Notes: generated from the letters alone by a model not told the origin. A stretch of DNA of 64,000 nt from Anaeramoeba ignava BMAN (GCA_028826165.1 JAPDFW010000125.1:496001-560000), one strand, 5' to 3'. Positions 1 through 18,290 are shown, counted from the first letter of the stretch. Numbers and translations: made by a program.

Positions 1-311
1 ATTTAAATAAAATTATATTAATAAATTTAAATAAAATTATATTAATAAATTTAAATAAATTAATAAATTTAAATAAAATTATATTAATAAATTTAAATAA
101 AATTATATTAATAAATTTAAATAAAATTATATTAATAAATTTAAATAAAATTATATTAATAAATTTAAATAAAATTATATTAATAAATTTGAAATAAAAT
201 TATATTAATAAATTTAAATAAAATTATATTAATAAATTTAAATAAAATTATATTAATAAATTTAAATAAAATTATATTAATAAATTTAAATAAAATTATA
301 TTAATAAATTT
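1..311. repeat. 24-bp tandem minisatellite (ATTTAAATAAAATTATATTAATAA)n, starting at the window edge
   Basis: Unit read directly; about 12-13 near-perfect copies. Confidence 0.9.
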
Positions 312-392
312 ATTTTTAAAATTATTTTTCGAAAAATTTTTCTAATCAAAAACTGAAAAAAAATTTCTTTTTTTTTTTGATCATTTTTTTTA

Positions 393-3300
393 ATGAAAAT
401 TTATGAACTGAGAAAAAAATTTCAACTTCCAGTAACAGAAAAACTTCAAGGAACATTTTCTTGTGCAATAAAAAAAATAATTCTTTATCATGGAAGAATG
501 TATTTAACACAAAGTTATTTACTTTTTCATTCAGATAATTTAGAAGATGTTGAACAAATTAAAATTCAATTTTCTCAAATAAAAGATATTGATTTAGCAC
601 AAGTTACGAAATCAATTAATTTTATTAAAATTATTGTTGAAAATGAAGAATATTTTTTCACTTCTTTTACTTCAAGAAATAAAGCTTATTCACTTTTAAA
701 ACAATTGTGGTTAAAAGAAAGAAGTAGATATTTACTTGATGAATCAAAAGAAAAATTAAATGAAAATCAAAATCAAATTGAAAATCAAAATCAAAATCAA
801 AATCAAATTAAATTAAAAAAAATCAAAATCAAAATCAAAATCAAAATCAAAATGAAATTGAAAATGAAAATCGAAAATGAAAATCAAAATCAAAATGAAA
901 ATCAAAATCAAAATCAAAATCAAAATCAAAATCAAAATCAAAACCAAAATCAAATTGAAAATTTAAAAAATGATTCTCAAATTAAACTGAAAAATAAAAA
1001 ATCCCTTTTCAAAATCAAAATCATATTCCAAAATCAAAATCAAAATCAAAATCAAAAATCAAAATCTAGTCGTGATAGCTCAGTTTTTACTCAAGAAAAA
1101 TCAAGAAAAAAATTCTTTTTCCAAAATGAAAAAAAATATTGAAAAAAATTGAAAATGAAAATCAAAAAAAAAAATCAAAATCAAAATGAAACGAAAAATA
1201 AAATTCAAAATCAAAAATCAAAATCAAAAATCAAAATCAAAATCAAAATCAAAATCAAAATCAAAAATCAAAATCAAAATCAAAATCAAATCAAAATCAA
1301 AATCAAAATCAAAATCAAAATCAAAATCAAAAATCAAAATCAAAATCAAAATCAAAATCAAAATCAAAATCAAAATCAAAATCAAAATCAAAATCAAAAT
1401 CAAAATCAAAATCAAAATCAAAATCAAAATCAAAATCAAAATCAAAATCAAAATCAAAATCAAAATCAAAATCAAAATCAAAATGAAATTGAAAATCAAA
1501 ATCAAAATCAAAATCAAAATCAAAATCAAAATCAAAATCAAAATCAAAATCAAATTGAAAATCAAAATCAAAATGAAAATAAAAATCAAATTGAAGAAAT
1601 AAATAAACAAAAAATGGAAATTCAAAATAAAATTCAAGACTTATTATCAGAAGAAAAGAAATATGGATATTTAAAATTAAGAAAAAAAGTAATTTAAATA
1701 ATATTTCTAAATTAAAATATAAATTAAAATATAAATTAAAATATAAATATAAATAGATTCCATCAACAATTTGGATTACAAGATTCTTTGTTTATAAAGG
1801 CAATTATTTATCAGTATATAATAACGAATATCGAATAAAAGAAATTCAAAAAATTTCAATGAATAAAGCATTAGTTTCTACAATTCACGAAACAAATGAA
1901 TCACCACCTAATTTTATTTTCACAATTAAATCAAAAGATGGAAAATTTACTTTATCTTCAGAAAATAAAATGGAGTTGAAAAGATGGATAAACGAGATCA
2001 CATCTTTAAATAATAAACTCAAACATTTATATGAAATTTTGGAAAGCAAGAAAAATATTGAAGAAAAAAATCAAGAAAAACAAAACAAAAATGAATTAAC
2101 TGTTTCATTTGATAAAAAAATTGAGCAAAATGAAATTCAATCAAATAAAGAAATGGAAAATCAATTAAAGAAAGATGAATTAATAGAAAATCCAGATAAA
2201 AAGACTTATGAAAATGATCAAACAGAAAAGAAAATAGAAAATCAATTACAAAAATTTGAAACAGTTCCAAAAATAGAATATAATATTCAAAAACAAGAAG
2301 AAAAAGAAAAAGAAAAAGAAAAAGAAATAGAAAAAGAAATAGATAAAGAAGAAGATAAACAAATGAAACCAATTCATATTAAGAATGCAAATAGAATACT
2401 TTTCGAAAAAATTAAAGGATCTGCATTGCAAGTTTATCAAATTTTATACCAAAATAAATTGGGAATAATTTATCCAACAAGTTTGGAAGAAAATGCAATT
2501 ATTCAAATAGAAGAATGGAATGAAGAAATTCCAAGCAAAATATTTAAAAGAAAAATCATTTATTTATCACCAGTAAACGAAGTTCTTCAAAAAAGAATTC
2601 CAATTCTTGAACATCAAAGATTATTCATTCATTCACAAAAATTCATCCAACTAGAAAGTATTATTGAATACAAAAATTGTGCTTTTTCAAATGTTTTTTC
2701 TTTGATATCAATTCATTCAATTCAAGAAAATGAAGAAGAAATAACTGAGCATAAAATTGAAACAGGAGTTTTGTGGTTTGATAAAAAATCACTTAATCAA
2801 TCCATTATTATTTATGAATCAGATCGACAAAATGGATTTATCAAAACAAAATTTCATAATTCAAAGAAAGAAATTGAGGAAATTTTGGAAAAACAAAAAC
2901 AGCAAAAGGAAAAAGAATTGGAAGAAACAAAAAATAAGAATTTGGAAAATGAAAGAAGAATCAAAAAGAAAAAAGAAAGGGAATTGTTTGAGAAAAAGAA
3001 AAGGGAACTTGTTTCTTGTTCCAAATTGAGAAAAATTAGCAAACAAACTCAATTTGTTTTTTATTTGATTTCTTTCACTTTGGCAATAATTTTGGTTTCT
3101 CAATATTTGAATTCATCGGTTCAATCTTATACTCAAAAGGAGATTTTAGAACTTCAAGAAATTTCTAAGTGGATTGAATATCAAGTTGATTTGATTATTG
3201 AATATAAGCAGTTTCAAAATCAAAATGAAACTTTTCATGAGGATTTTAATGAATGGAAGAAAGAAAAAATATTCCAAATGTTTTTTTATAATTGGAATCA

Positions 3301-3466
3301 ATATTTGAATTCTTTTAATCATTTAGTGAATCATTCAAAAGATAATTTATTTTATTTGAAAATGCATTTTGTTTTAATGAGAGAAGAAATTATGAAAAAG
3401 ATTTCAAAATTATCTGATTTTGTGATTGATTCCAATAATGATTCAATTTCAGAAAGGAAATTTTAA
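393..3466 (+). CDS. GRAM + poly-NQ + PH + VASt/StART-like + TM protein (GRAMD1/Aster/Lam-like sterol transfer protein)
   Basis: The N-terminus has a GRAM motif (FSCAIKK..YHGRMYLTQSYLLFHS...EYFFTSF.SRNKAY). Intron 1689-1756 (GT..AG, phase 0) joins KYGYLKLRKK to IPSTIWITRFFV...LKRWINEI, a PH domain. A VASt-like region, a coiled coil and a hydrophobic helix (FVFYLISFTLAIILVSQY) follow. Frame breaks at about 810-1270 lie in A-runs of the AATCAA tract and are likely consensus errors. Confidence 0.75.
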
Positions 3467-3509
3467 AATCAAATAAAACCAATTTCAAACCAATTTCAAA
3501 TCAAATTTC

Positions 3510-3983
3510 ATTAAATTAAATTAAATTAAATTAAATTTCAAATCAAATCAAATTAAATTAAATCAAATTAAATTAAATCAAATTAAATCAAATCAAATCA
3601 AATTAAATTAAATTAAATTAAATCAAATTAAATCAAATTAAATTAAATCAAATTAAATCAAATTAAATTAAATTAAATCAAATTAAATCAAATTAAATTA
3701 AATTAAATTAAATCAAATTAAATTAAATTAAATCAAATTAAATTAAATTAAATTAAATTAAATTAAATCAAATCAAATTAAATCAAATTAAATCAAATCA
3801 AATTAAATTAAATTAAATTAAATCAAATCAAATTAAATTAAATTAAATTAAATCAAATTAAATTAAATTAAATCAAATCAAATTAAATTAAATTAAATTA
3901 AATTAAATTAAATCAAATTAAATTAAATCAAATTAAATTAAATTAAATCAAATTAAATTAAATTAAATTAAATTAAATTAAAT
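3510..3983. repeat. (AAATT/AAATC)n pentamer microsatellite
   Basis: Directly visible. Confidence 0.9.
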
Positions 3984-5451
3984 TTTAATCCAAATTTTTT
4001 TTCTTGTTTTAAGAGATTTGTGTAAAAGGATAATTTTCAAAATTAAGAGATTTTTAGATTTTAGAAATAAAAATATGATTAAATTTTTGATTATTGTTAA
4101 ATTATTAATAATATTTAATTAATTAAAAAAAAACAATAAAAAAATTTTCTTCTTTTTTCTTTTTAATTTTTTTTTTTCTTCTTTTTTTTTTTAATTTAAA
4201 AAATAAATAAAAAACCAAAAAATTTTTTTTTTCATTTTTTCCTTTTTAAAAAAACCAAAACAAAAACCAAAACAACAAATAATAATAATAAATTTATTTT
4301 ATTATTTTTTAAAAGGTAAAAAACACAAAAACAAAATTTAAAATTTTAATAATTATTTTAAACACATAAATATATTTTTAAACACATAAAAAATTTTTTA
4401 TTTGTTATTTCAATGTTTGGTTTCTTTTCTTCTTTCTTTCCCTTTTTTTTTTTATTCATAAATTAAATTCAAATTCAATTTAAATCAAATTAAATTAAAT
4501 TAAATTAAATTAAATTAAATTAAATCAAAATTAAATTAAATTAAATTAAATTAAATTAAATTAAATTAAATTAAATTTAAATTAAATCAAATTCAAATTA
4601 AATTAAAATCAAATTAAATTAAATTAAATTAAATTAAATCAAAAATTAAATTTTAAATTCAAATTAAATCAAATTAAATTCAAATTTATTCTTAAATTAT
4701 TAATATTTAATTAAAAATGTTTTAAAAATTTTCTTTATATCTTTTTCTTTTTAATTTCAAATTTAAAAATTAAAAATAAAAAAAAAAAATTTTTCATTTT
4801 TCCTTTTAAAATCAATTGAAAAAGTAAAAAACAAACAAATAAATAAGAAAATTTATTTTATTAAAACCAAAAAATAAAAACACAAAAACAAAAACAAAAA
4901 CAAATCAAATTAATTGAAACACATAAATAAACACATAAAAATAAAAATTTAATTTCAATGTTAAAGGCAAGAAAAATCCTTTTTATTCATAATAAATTAA
5001 AAAATTAAAAATAAATTAAATTTAAAATTCAAATTAAATTAAATCAATTTAAATTAAATTAAATTTTAAATTAAAATCAAATTAAATTAAATTAAATTAA
5101 ATTAAAATTAAATCAAATTAAAAATTAAATAAAATTAAATTAAATTTAAATAAAAATTAAATTCAAATTCAATTAAATTTAAATCAAAATAAAATTAATT
5201 AAATTTCAAATTAAATTAAATTAAAATTAAAATAAAATTAAAAAAAATTAAAAAAATTAAAAAATTAAATTAAATCTAAATTAAATTAAATTTAAATCAA
5301 ATCAAAAATAAATCCAATTTAAATTCAAAATAAATCAAAATCAAATTTAAATAATCTTATTCATCTTTTCATTACTCATGTTTTAAATAATCTTATTCAT
5401 CAATTAATTTAATTACTCATCTTATTTAAATAAATAAAAAAACTAAAATAA

Positions 5452-9646
<4,195 letters not shown>

Positions 9647-9865
9647 TTTAATTTTTTAGTTCATTTTCAATTTTAACTCAAAAATTTCCTTTTTTTCTTT
9701 TCTTTTTTTTAACAATTTCTTTAAAAAAAAAGCGAAAAACAACAATTTTCAATTAAAATCCAAAAAGCAAATCAAATTAAAATTTTCTTTTTATTTTGTT
9801 TTTTTATTTAAATTAAATTGAAAGAAAAATTAAATTGAAAAATTAAATTGAAAAATTCCTTTCTT

Positions 9866-11916
9866 TTAATAATTTGTGATTCTTAAATTTCCTGTTATAA
9901 CTTTGTTTTCAAGTAAACTTCCTGAAGGAATATCAATTCTCCCTTTTTCATCAGCAACAATAATTACTGTTCCCTATTTATTCAATTAATTTTAATTTTA
10001 ATTTTAATTTTAATTTTAATTTAAATTACTTTAAGAATAACTCCACTTCCAAAAAAAACATTTCCTGAAACAGTAAAATGTCTTAATTCCTTTATATCAG
10101 GGATGGTTTGGAATCTGTCATTATAATCTGAAATATACTGGAAATGCTGCATCAACTTTATTTGTGGGAATCCTAAATAAAGACTATCTGGATTTGGTTT
10201 TAATTTTCCATGATTTATTGTAAATAAATTTGATTGAACCAAAAGAAGATCTGAAGTTGTTTTAACAGGCAAAAAACGAGTTCTTGGAACATTCAAAGCT
10301 GTTGTTTTTTCAAAATGTTTTATAGCACTTCCAACTGCTGTTTCAAATTGAATAACTCTTGTTCCATTAAGTTCCTAATTTGGAAAAAAAGTGAGAATTT
10401 TTTTTTTGCTTTTTTTTAAATTTAAATTTAATTTTAATTTTATTACTTTGTGGTTTTGGATAATATCAAGATCTAAAGGTTGCTTCTCTATCTTTTCCTT
10501 TAAAACTTTCAAATTCACCCAAATATTGTTTGTATTAAAAGTTTTAAATTTGAAAACGCTTTGGAAATCTGAAATGTGACTTTTTGGGACTTGAGCAATT
10601 TCCAAAAGAGTTAAATGGTTGTTATAATTGACTAAAGTTCCTCCTTTAATATCTGCTGCTGTTTTTGGTGTAACTTCAATAAGGAAATCAAGATTTTTTT
10701 GATGAAAGTAATTTGCTATTTTCGCATTCAGTGTTGCTCCTAAATTATCTCCATTTGAAATGAAAAGAATTTCTTTTCCTTGTTCGAGTAATTGATTTAG
10801 TAAACCGGATTCTAGTAATGAATCATACACATCTCCATGACCTGGAGGATACCTTTTTTATTAAATTAAATTAAATTAAATTAAATTAAATTAAATTAAA
10901 TTGAATTGAATTAAATATTGATATTGAATTGAATATTGAATTGAATATTAAATTGAATATTGAATTGAATATTGAATTGAATTGAATTGAATTGAATAGA
11001 ATATTAAATTGAATTGAATTGAATTGAATTGAATTGAATTGAATTTAATAATGAATATTGAATTGAATTGAATTGAATTGAATTGAATATTGAATTGAAT
11101 TGAATTGAATTGAATTGAATTGAATTGAATATTGAATTGAATTGAATTGAATTGAATTGGGATGATTCACCATTCTTCAATTGGAGAATTTGCTGATGTT
11201 GGGACTGGCAATAAGCTTTCTTTCTTTATTCTGGGAAATTTCTTTTGTAAAAATGTTTTTATTGTTATTTTATGACCTTTGTATTTAATAATTCCTTTTT
11301 TTGTATCTTCATCTGTATTAAAACTATTCATTAAAATAAGAGGAACATCTGTTTGATATTTTTTGTTGATCGCCTCAAATTTTAATTTTAATTTTAATTT
11401 TAATTTAGATTTTAATTTTAATTTTAATTTTAATTTTGATTTTAATTTTAATTTTAATTTTAATTTTAATTTTAATTTTAATTTTGATTTTAATTTTAAT
11501 ATAAATACTTCAATTTGCATAACCATCAAATCCAAAAAGGATTTCTCTGAATAAACTTCAATTAAACTTTTTGGACCAGTGCAACCCATTGTTGTACCTA
11601 AGCCACCATTAAGTTTCAGAACAGCTACTTTTGAAAGAATAGCCGGGTCTTTAAAATCTGCAGACAAAGAAGAGTAGTCAGTGATTTGGTTCTCATTTAT
11701 TGGGTCAATTTTATCCCAATCCAAAATTGGTTGTTTTGTTGATTTGGAAACCATTCGACTCATTATTTCTGCATTTCTTGAACTTAATCCAATGTTTTCA
11801 AGTAACTCTTTCATTTCTTGTCCCATCGTTTCAACTGATAATTCTCGAAATCTTGTTAGTGATGGTATTTTTTTTAATCGACTCATCTCTGATTCGTTTT
11901 CCATTAAATTTTGCAT
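9866..11916 (-). CDS. UGP1: UTP-glucose-1-phosphate uridylyltransferase (UGPase), 5 exons (11916-11509, 11373-11171, 10852-10447, 10374-10030, 9973-9866), 489 aa
   Basis: [28 protein letters not shown]|[53 protein letters not shown]. All four introns are GT-AG and frame-consistent. Confidence 0.95.
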
Positions 11917-12011
11917 TTATAAAAAAAAATTTGCCAAAAAAAAAATGAAAACTTTTTTTTTGCTTTTTTTTATTTTTTTCCTTTTTTCTTTTTTCTTTTT
12001 ATAATTTTTTA

Positions 12012-15000
12012 ATGTTTTTTTTACAACTTTTTTTTGGTGAATAGTTCCTTTATAACTTATTTATTTACAACCAATTTATTTATAACCAATTTATTTACAA
12101 TTTATTTATTTACAACCAATTTATTTACAATCAATTTATTTATTTACAACCAATTTATTTATAATTTATTTACAATTTATTTACAATTTATTTATTTACA
12201 ATTTATTTACAATTTATTTACAATTTATTTATTTACATTTTATTTATTTATAACCAATTTATTTATAACCAATTTACTTATTTATTTATTTACAACCAAT
12301 TTATTTATTTATAATTTTATTTATAATTTTATTTATAATTTATTTACTTACAATTTATTTATTTACAACCAATTTATTTACAATTTATTTACAACCAATT
12401 TATTTATAATTTTATTTATAATTTATTTACTTATAATTTATTTATTTACAACCAATTTACTTCTTTACAACCAATTTATTTACAACCAATTTATTTACAA
12501 CCAATTTATTTATTTACAACCAATTTATTTATTTACAACCAATTTATTTATTTATAACCAATTTATTTATAACCAATTTATTTACAACTTATTTATTTAT
12601 AACCAATTTATTTATAATTTATTTACAATTTATTTACAATTAATTTATAATTAATTTATAACTAATTTATTTACAACCAATTTATTTATAATTTATTTAT
12701 TTACAACCAATTAATTTACAATCAATTTATTTACAACCAATTTATTTATAATTTATTTATTTATAACCAATTTATTTATTTATTTACAACCAATTTATTT
12801 ACAACTTATTTATTTATAACCAATTTATTTACAATTTATTTATTTACAACCAATTTATTTATTTACAATTTATTTATTTACAATTTATTTATTTACAACT
12901 TATTTACAATTTATTTATTTACAACTTATTTACAATTTATTTATTTACAATTTATTTATTTACAACCAATTTATTTATAATTTATTTATAATTTATTTAC
13001 AATTAATTTATAATTAATTTATAACTAATTTATTTACAACCAATTTATTTATAATTTATTTATTTATAACCAATTTATTTACAACCAATTTATTTATTTA
13101 CAACCAATTTATTTATAACCAATTTATTTACAACCAATTTATTTACAACCAATTTATTTATTTACAACCAATTTATTTATTTACAACCAATTTATTTATT
13201 TACAATTTATTTACAACCAATTTATTTATAACCAATTTATTTATTTATAACCAATTTATTTACAACCAATTTATTTATAATTTATTTATTTACTTACAAC
13301 TTATTTACAACTTATTTATTTACAATTTATTTACAACCAATTTATTTACAACCAATTTATTTATAATTTTATTTACAACCGATTTATTTACAACTTATTT
13401 ACAATTTATTTATTTACAATTTATTTATTTACAATTTATTTATTTACAATTTATTTATAACCAATTTATTTACAATTTATTTATTTATTTACAATTTATT
13501 TATTTACAACCAATTTATTTATAATTTATTTATTTTACAAACCAATTTATTTATTTACAACTTATTTATTTATTTACAACCAATTTATTTATAATTTATT
13601 TATTTACAATTTATTTATTTATATAACCAATTTATTTACAATTTATTTATAAACCAATTTATTTACAACCAATTTATTTATAATTTATTTATTTACAATT
13701 TATTTATTTATAAACCAATTTATTTTACAATTTATTTATTTACAATTTATTTACAACCAATTTATTTACAACCAATTTATTTACAACTTATTTATTTACA
13801 ACCGATTTATTTATAATTTATTTATAACCAATTTATTTATTTACAACTTATTTATTTATTTATTTACAACCAATTTATTTATAACCAATTTATTTATAAT
13901 TTATTTATTTATAACTTATTTATTTACAATTTATTTATAACCAATTTATTTTACAACCAATTTATTTATAACCAATTTATTTATAACCAATTTATTTATT
14001 TATTTATAATTTATTTTACAATTTATTTATAATTTATTTACAATTTATTTATTTTACAATCAATTTATTTATTTACAATCAATTTATTTATTTACAACCA
14101 ATTTATTTACAATTTATTTATAATTAATTTATTTATAATTTTATTTATAATTTTATTTATAATTTTATTTATAATTTTATTTTATAATTTATTTACTTAC
14201 AATTTATTTATTATTTTTATTTATAATTAATTTTATTTATAATTTTATTTATAATTTTATTTATAATTTTATTTATAATTTTATTTATAATTTTATTTAT
14301 AATTTTATTTATTATTTTATTTATAATTTTATTTATAATTTTATTTATAATTTATTTACTTACAATTTATTTATTATTTTATTTATAATTTTATTTATAA
14401 TTTTATTTATAATTTTATTTATAATTATTTAAACAAAAAAAATAGTTTTTCTTTTATCAATACAATTTATTCACCCACTTTATCTCAATTTCAATACACA
14501 ATCAAGTTCTCAACATATTTCATTGGGTGAAAAATTTGGAATGAATAAAAATGGAATTGTTCATGCAAAAATTACTGCAGAACAAGATACAATTCCACTT
14601 GAACTTTTACTTATGTCTTCAAATAATACTGTATTTTTATTCAAAACAAAAAAAAAGTTGTTTATATATTTTCAAGGATATTCAAATTATAAAATCAACT
14701 AAATCATTTTCGAATCTAGGAAACACTTTCCAAATACGATCCTGAAACATATACATATTATCCATATTATTTATGCAGATTTCCAGCTTCTGCTGTATTG
14801 ATATTTTCGTTCGATCCAAAAATTTATTATTTATTTTCTTTTGTATTTTTTTACCTTCATTATTTCTTTTAGAGATATCAATTTTTAGGTTCTTTAGACA
14901 CACAAATGACAATAGATATGGTTGATAAATATGAATTTCTTGTTGTTAATTGTGATCAAAATATTATTTCAGTTAAAGGCTATTTCCATTTTTTAAATCC

Positions 15001-16732
15001 AGATCATAAAGAACTTCCTTATGGACAAATTTATTTTCCAATAATTTATTTGATTTTTTTCATTTTTTATGTGATGGGATTTACTTTTTGGATTGTTTTA
15101 ATGACACGAAATAAGTTTGATTTAAAATTTGATTTAAAATTTGATTTAAAATTGATTTAAAATTGATTTTATTTTAATATTTTGATTTTGATTAGAAAAA
15201 AAACTTTTGGATTGCAAACTTTCCTTACAATTACACTTGCTTCAAAAGTTTTAAGTAATTTATTATCATTCATATTATATCAAGTTAGAGCTTCAAATGG
15301 TCAAAAAAATGATGGATTAATGTATCTTGTTTTAAAATACATTCTAAAATATGAAAAATTTTTTTAAATATTTTTTATTGATGATTTTTTATAGGATTAC
15401 ATTATATCTTGCAGAAATATTATCTGAGACTTTACTAATTTCAACACTTTTATTAGTAAAAATAAATCAATATTTTCTTATTCGGGTTAAATTATAAAAT
15501 TTTCAATTTTTCCTTTTATTTTTTTTGCTTTTTTAGATTAGCGTTGGTTCTACTATTTTAACTCCTCGAATAACAAAAAAAGAATTTTGGAAATTTTTTG
15601 CTGTCATTTTACTTTTCTTTATTTTTGATTGTGTTCGAATGAATTGTATAAGAGAAAATGAAAGTGATCCTGATGAAAAATGTTCTGCTTATCGAGTAAA
15701 ATTTTTTTTTAAGAAAGAAGAAGAAAAAAATTTTTTTTATTTTTTTGATCCACTTTTTTTTATTTATTAATTTATTTTTTAGCTTGCTTTTTATGCTCTT
15801 GAATTTTTAATTGCTTTTGCAGGTAAAATAACAAAAACAAAAACAAAAACAACAAAAAAAAAATTTTCTCATTCAATCCTTTTATTTTTAATTAAATTTT
15901 TCATTCCCATTTACATTTCATTTAAAAAAATTAGTTATTGTTGCAATTAATGCTAATTTAGAAAGACTTAGAACTCAAGTTTTTGATCCAAGATGGACTC
16001 GTCCACAACAATATGAAAAATATTATAAATTGAAGATGTTTAAAAAAATTCGATGGTTTTTCTTTGTTTATTTAGTTGGCCCTATTCTTTTATTATTTAT
16101 TCAATATGGAATTTTATCTTGGGTTTATTCTTGGCTTTCTGTAAAAAAATTTTTTTTGCTTTTTTTTTTTTTGCTTATCCAAATTTTTCAATCAAAAATT
16201 TTTTTTTCTTTTTCTTTTCTTTTCTTTTATTTTTTATTATTATTCTATTTAGTTAATTCTTAATGAAATTTTTGATGTTCTTGTTTTTTGTATTTTACAT
16301 TATTATTGTCGACCAACTCAAGATAATTTAGCACTTTATTATCCAATTCAAAATCAAAATCAAAATGAAAATCAAAATGAAAATCAAAATCAAAATCAAA
16401 ATGAAAATCAAAATCAAAATGAAAATCAAAATGAAAATCAAAATCAAAATCAAAATCAAAATCAAAATCAAAATCAAAATCAAAATGAAAATCAAAATGA
16501 AAATCAAAATCAAAATGAAGATGAAAATCAAAATGTTATTCAATTTGAAAGTGGAATAGAAAGTGAAAGTAAAAGTGAAAGTGAAAATGAAAATTTAATT
16601 TTTCAATTAATGCAAGCAAATCTTTTGAATAATCGAATGCGTTCTCAAAAAATACCAAATATTTCTTGGAGATTTCTTTCACCAGATGAAGAAAAAAAAT
16701 GGAGAGAAGAACATCCAGATTTTAAATATTAA
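12012..16732 (+). CDS. GOST-family seven-transmembrane protein (GPR107/GPR108/TMEM87-like), about 10 exons, poly-NQ/NE C-tail
   Basis: A 25-nt first exon (12012-12036) spliced to 14446 gives the signal peptide MFFLQLFFVFLLSIQFIHP. Lumenal domain EKFGMNKNG...FLVVNC...FLNPDHKELPYGQIYFP, then seven hydrophobic segments, KLKMFKKIRWFF and YYCRPTQDN after TM7. Stop TAA at 16730-16732. Confidence 0.8.
12050..14430. repeat. About 2.4-kb degenerate (TTTATTTACAACCAAT)-type satellite filling the first intron of the GOST gene (12037-14445)
   Basis: Repeat is visible and bounded by a GTGAAT donor and an AATAG acceptor. Confidence 0.85.
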
Positions 16733-16845
16733 ATTTTAAATAAATATTAAATTTGTTTTTGTTTTTTTTTCTCATTAAAAATTGCCAGAAAACAATTAAA
16801 AAAAAATATTTTTTTCATTTTTTAAAAATCATTTTTTTCTTTCAA

Positions 16846-17990
16846 ATGAATTTTTACATCATTTTCATTCTCATTTCTTTCTTTTATTTGGAAAGTTTTC
16901 AAACACCAAAACTTCATTTACCAGTTTTTGTTTGGTCAAATAAAGAATTTTATAAAGGAATTAATCAAAGAATTTCAACACCTTATTCACAAGAATCAAT
17001 TTTAAAATACATTTCAATAATTTCACAAAAAACAAATGAGCAAAAAATTGAGGTTTTTTTTTTTTAGAAATGAAAAACAAAGAAAAATTTTATTAATTTT
17101 TTTTTTGAATTTTCATTTCAACTTTTTTAAACATTACTTCATTATTCTTCATAAAAAGGATTTAGACATCCATAATTATATATCCATTCCAGAAAATACA
17201 AATCTTGATGTCGTTATTTTTTTTATTCTACCCGAAGTATTTTATCATTTATAAATTAATTTTTTTGACATCAAAATAAATTATAACACATTGTTTTTAT
17301 GGATAAACTCACTAGATGCGAAGTGACGAATTATTACCTCTTACTCAAGCATGTGAAGGAAAGAACCTATTAAGTTATATTGCTGAAGAAATCATGACAA
17401 AGTCAAAAAGTTCTTTATTATTTTCTCAAATGCATCAAGAAAATCCTGACAGTTTTCAACAAGAACTGGACAAATTACTTATTCCAGGAGAAGCTCTTTT
17501 CCTAAAATATTTGCCTCAAATCGACACTTTTGTTCCTCAAGATAATCAATTTACAATTGAAAAAAAAATCACAAACGAAAAGTTGTCTTCGGTTCTTGAA
17601 GAATTTATCACAAACAGCAACAGCAACACTAAATTTATATTGGTGGATATTGCGCGCTTGCCTCAACAAGAACAACCATTGTGTCGAGGAACAAATTTAA
17701 TTGATTCTTTCTTGAAATTTTTAAATCAACCTGAAAATCAACAAATTTCTTACATTCAAGTTTTTACTGCAAATAAACCCTCTTTAATTAATGAAAACAT
17801 TAAATTTACTTTTGACCAAAATGAAAATTCGGAAAATCCTTCTTTGTTATCTTTTGATGACTCCTTTTCTCAATTTAAGATCCAAAATCAAGTCAATGAC
17901 GCTTGGAATAATCTTCTTGCTATCATTTTCTTAATGACTGCTTTATTTGTTGTTGCTTTTTACATTCTTATTGCTGATTTGAATAAATGA
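16846..17990 (+). CDS. Type I membrane protein, possibly V-ATPase accessory subunit Ac45/ATP6AP1/Voa1-like; 3 exons (16846-17052, 17159-17236, 17316-17990), 319 aa
   Basis: Signal peptide MNFYIIFILISFFYLES, a PVFVWS motif after it (recalled from Ac45 N-termini), and a single C-terminal TM (LLAIIFLMTALFVVAFYILI). The family call is tentative. Confidence 0.5.
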
Positions 17991-18014
17991 TTTCTCAACA
18001 AATACAAAAGAATC

Positions 18015-18290
18015 AAAAATAATTCAATTAATTTAAAATAATTCAAAATAATTTAAAATAATTCAAAATAATTCAAAATATTTCAAAATAATTCAAAATA
18101 ATTTAAAATAATTCAAAATAATTCAAAATATTTCAAAATAATTCAAAATAATTTAAAATAATTCAAAATAATTTAAAATAATTTAAAAGAATTCAAAATA
18201 ATCCAAAAAAGAATTTAAAAGAATTCAAAATAATTCAAAATAATCCAAAATCATTCAAAAAAGAATTCAAAATAATTCAAAAAAGATTTC
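18015..18290. repeat. 10-bp tandem repeat (AATTCAAAAT)n between convergent 3' ends
   Basis: Directly visible. Confidence 0.8.

Noticed and set aside
1-311. 24-bp repeat as a CRISPR array or telomere
   Set aside because: No unique spacers, no cas genes, eukaryotic context, and no G-rich telomeric unit.
805-1275. Frameshifts in the GRAM gene as pseudogenisation or programmed frameshifting
   Set aside because: The breaks are single-base indels in A-runs within the hexamer tract and the flanking domains are intact; long-read consensus error is most likely.
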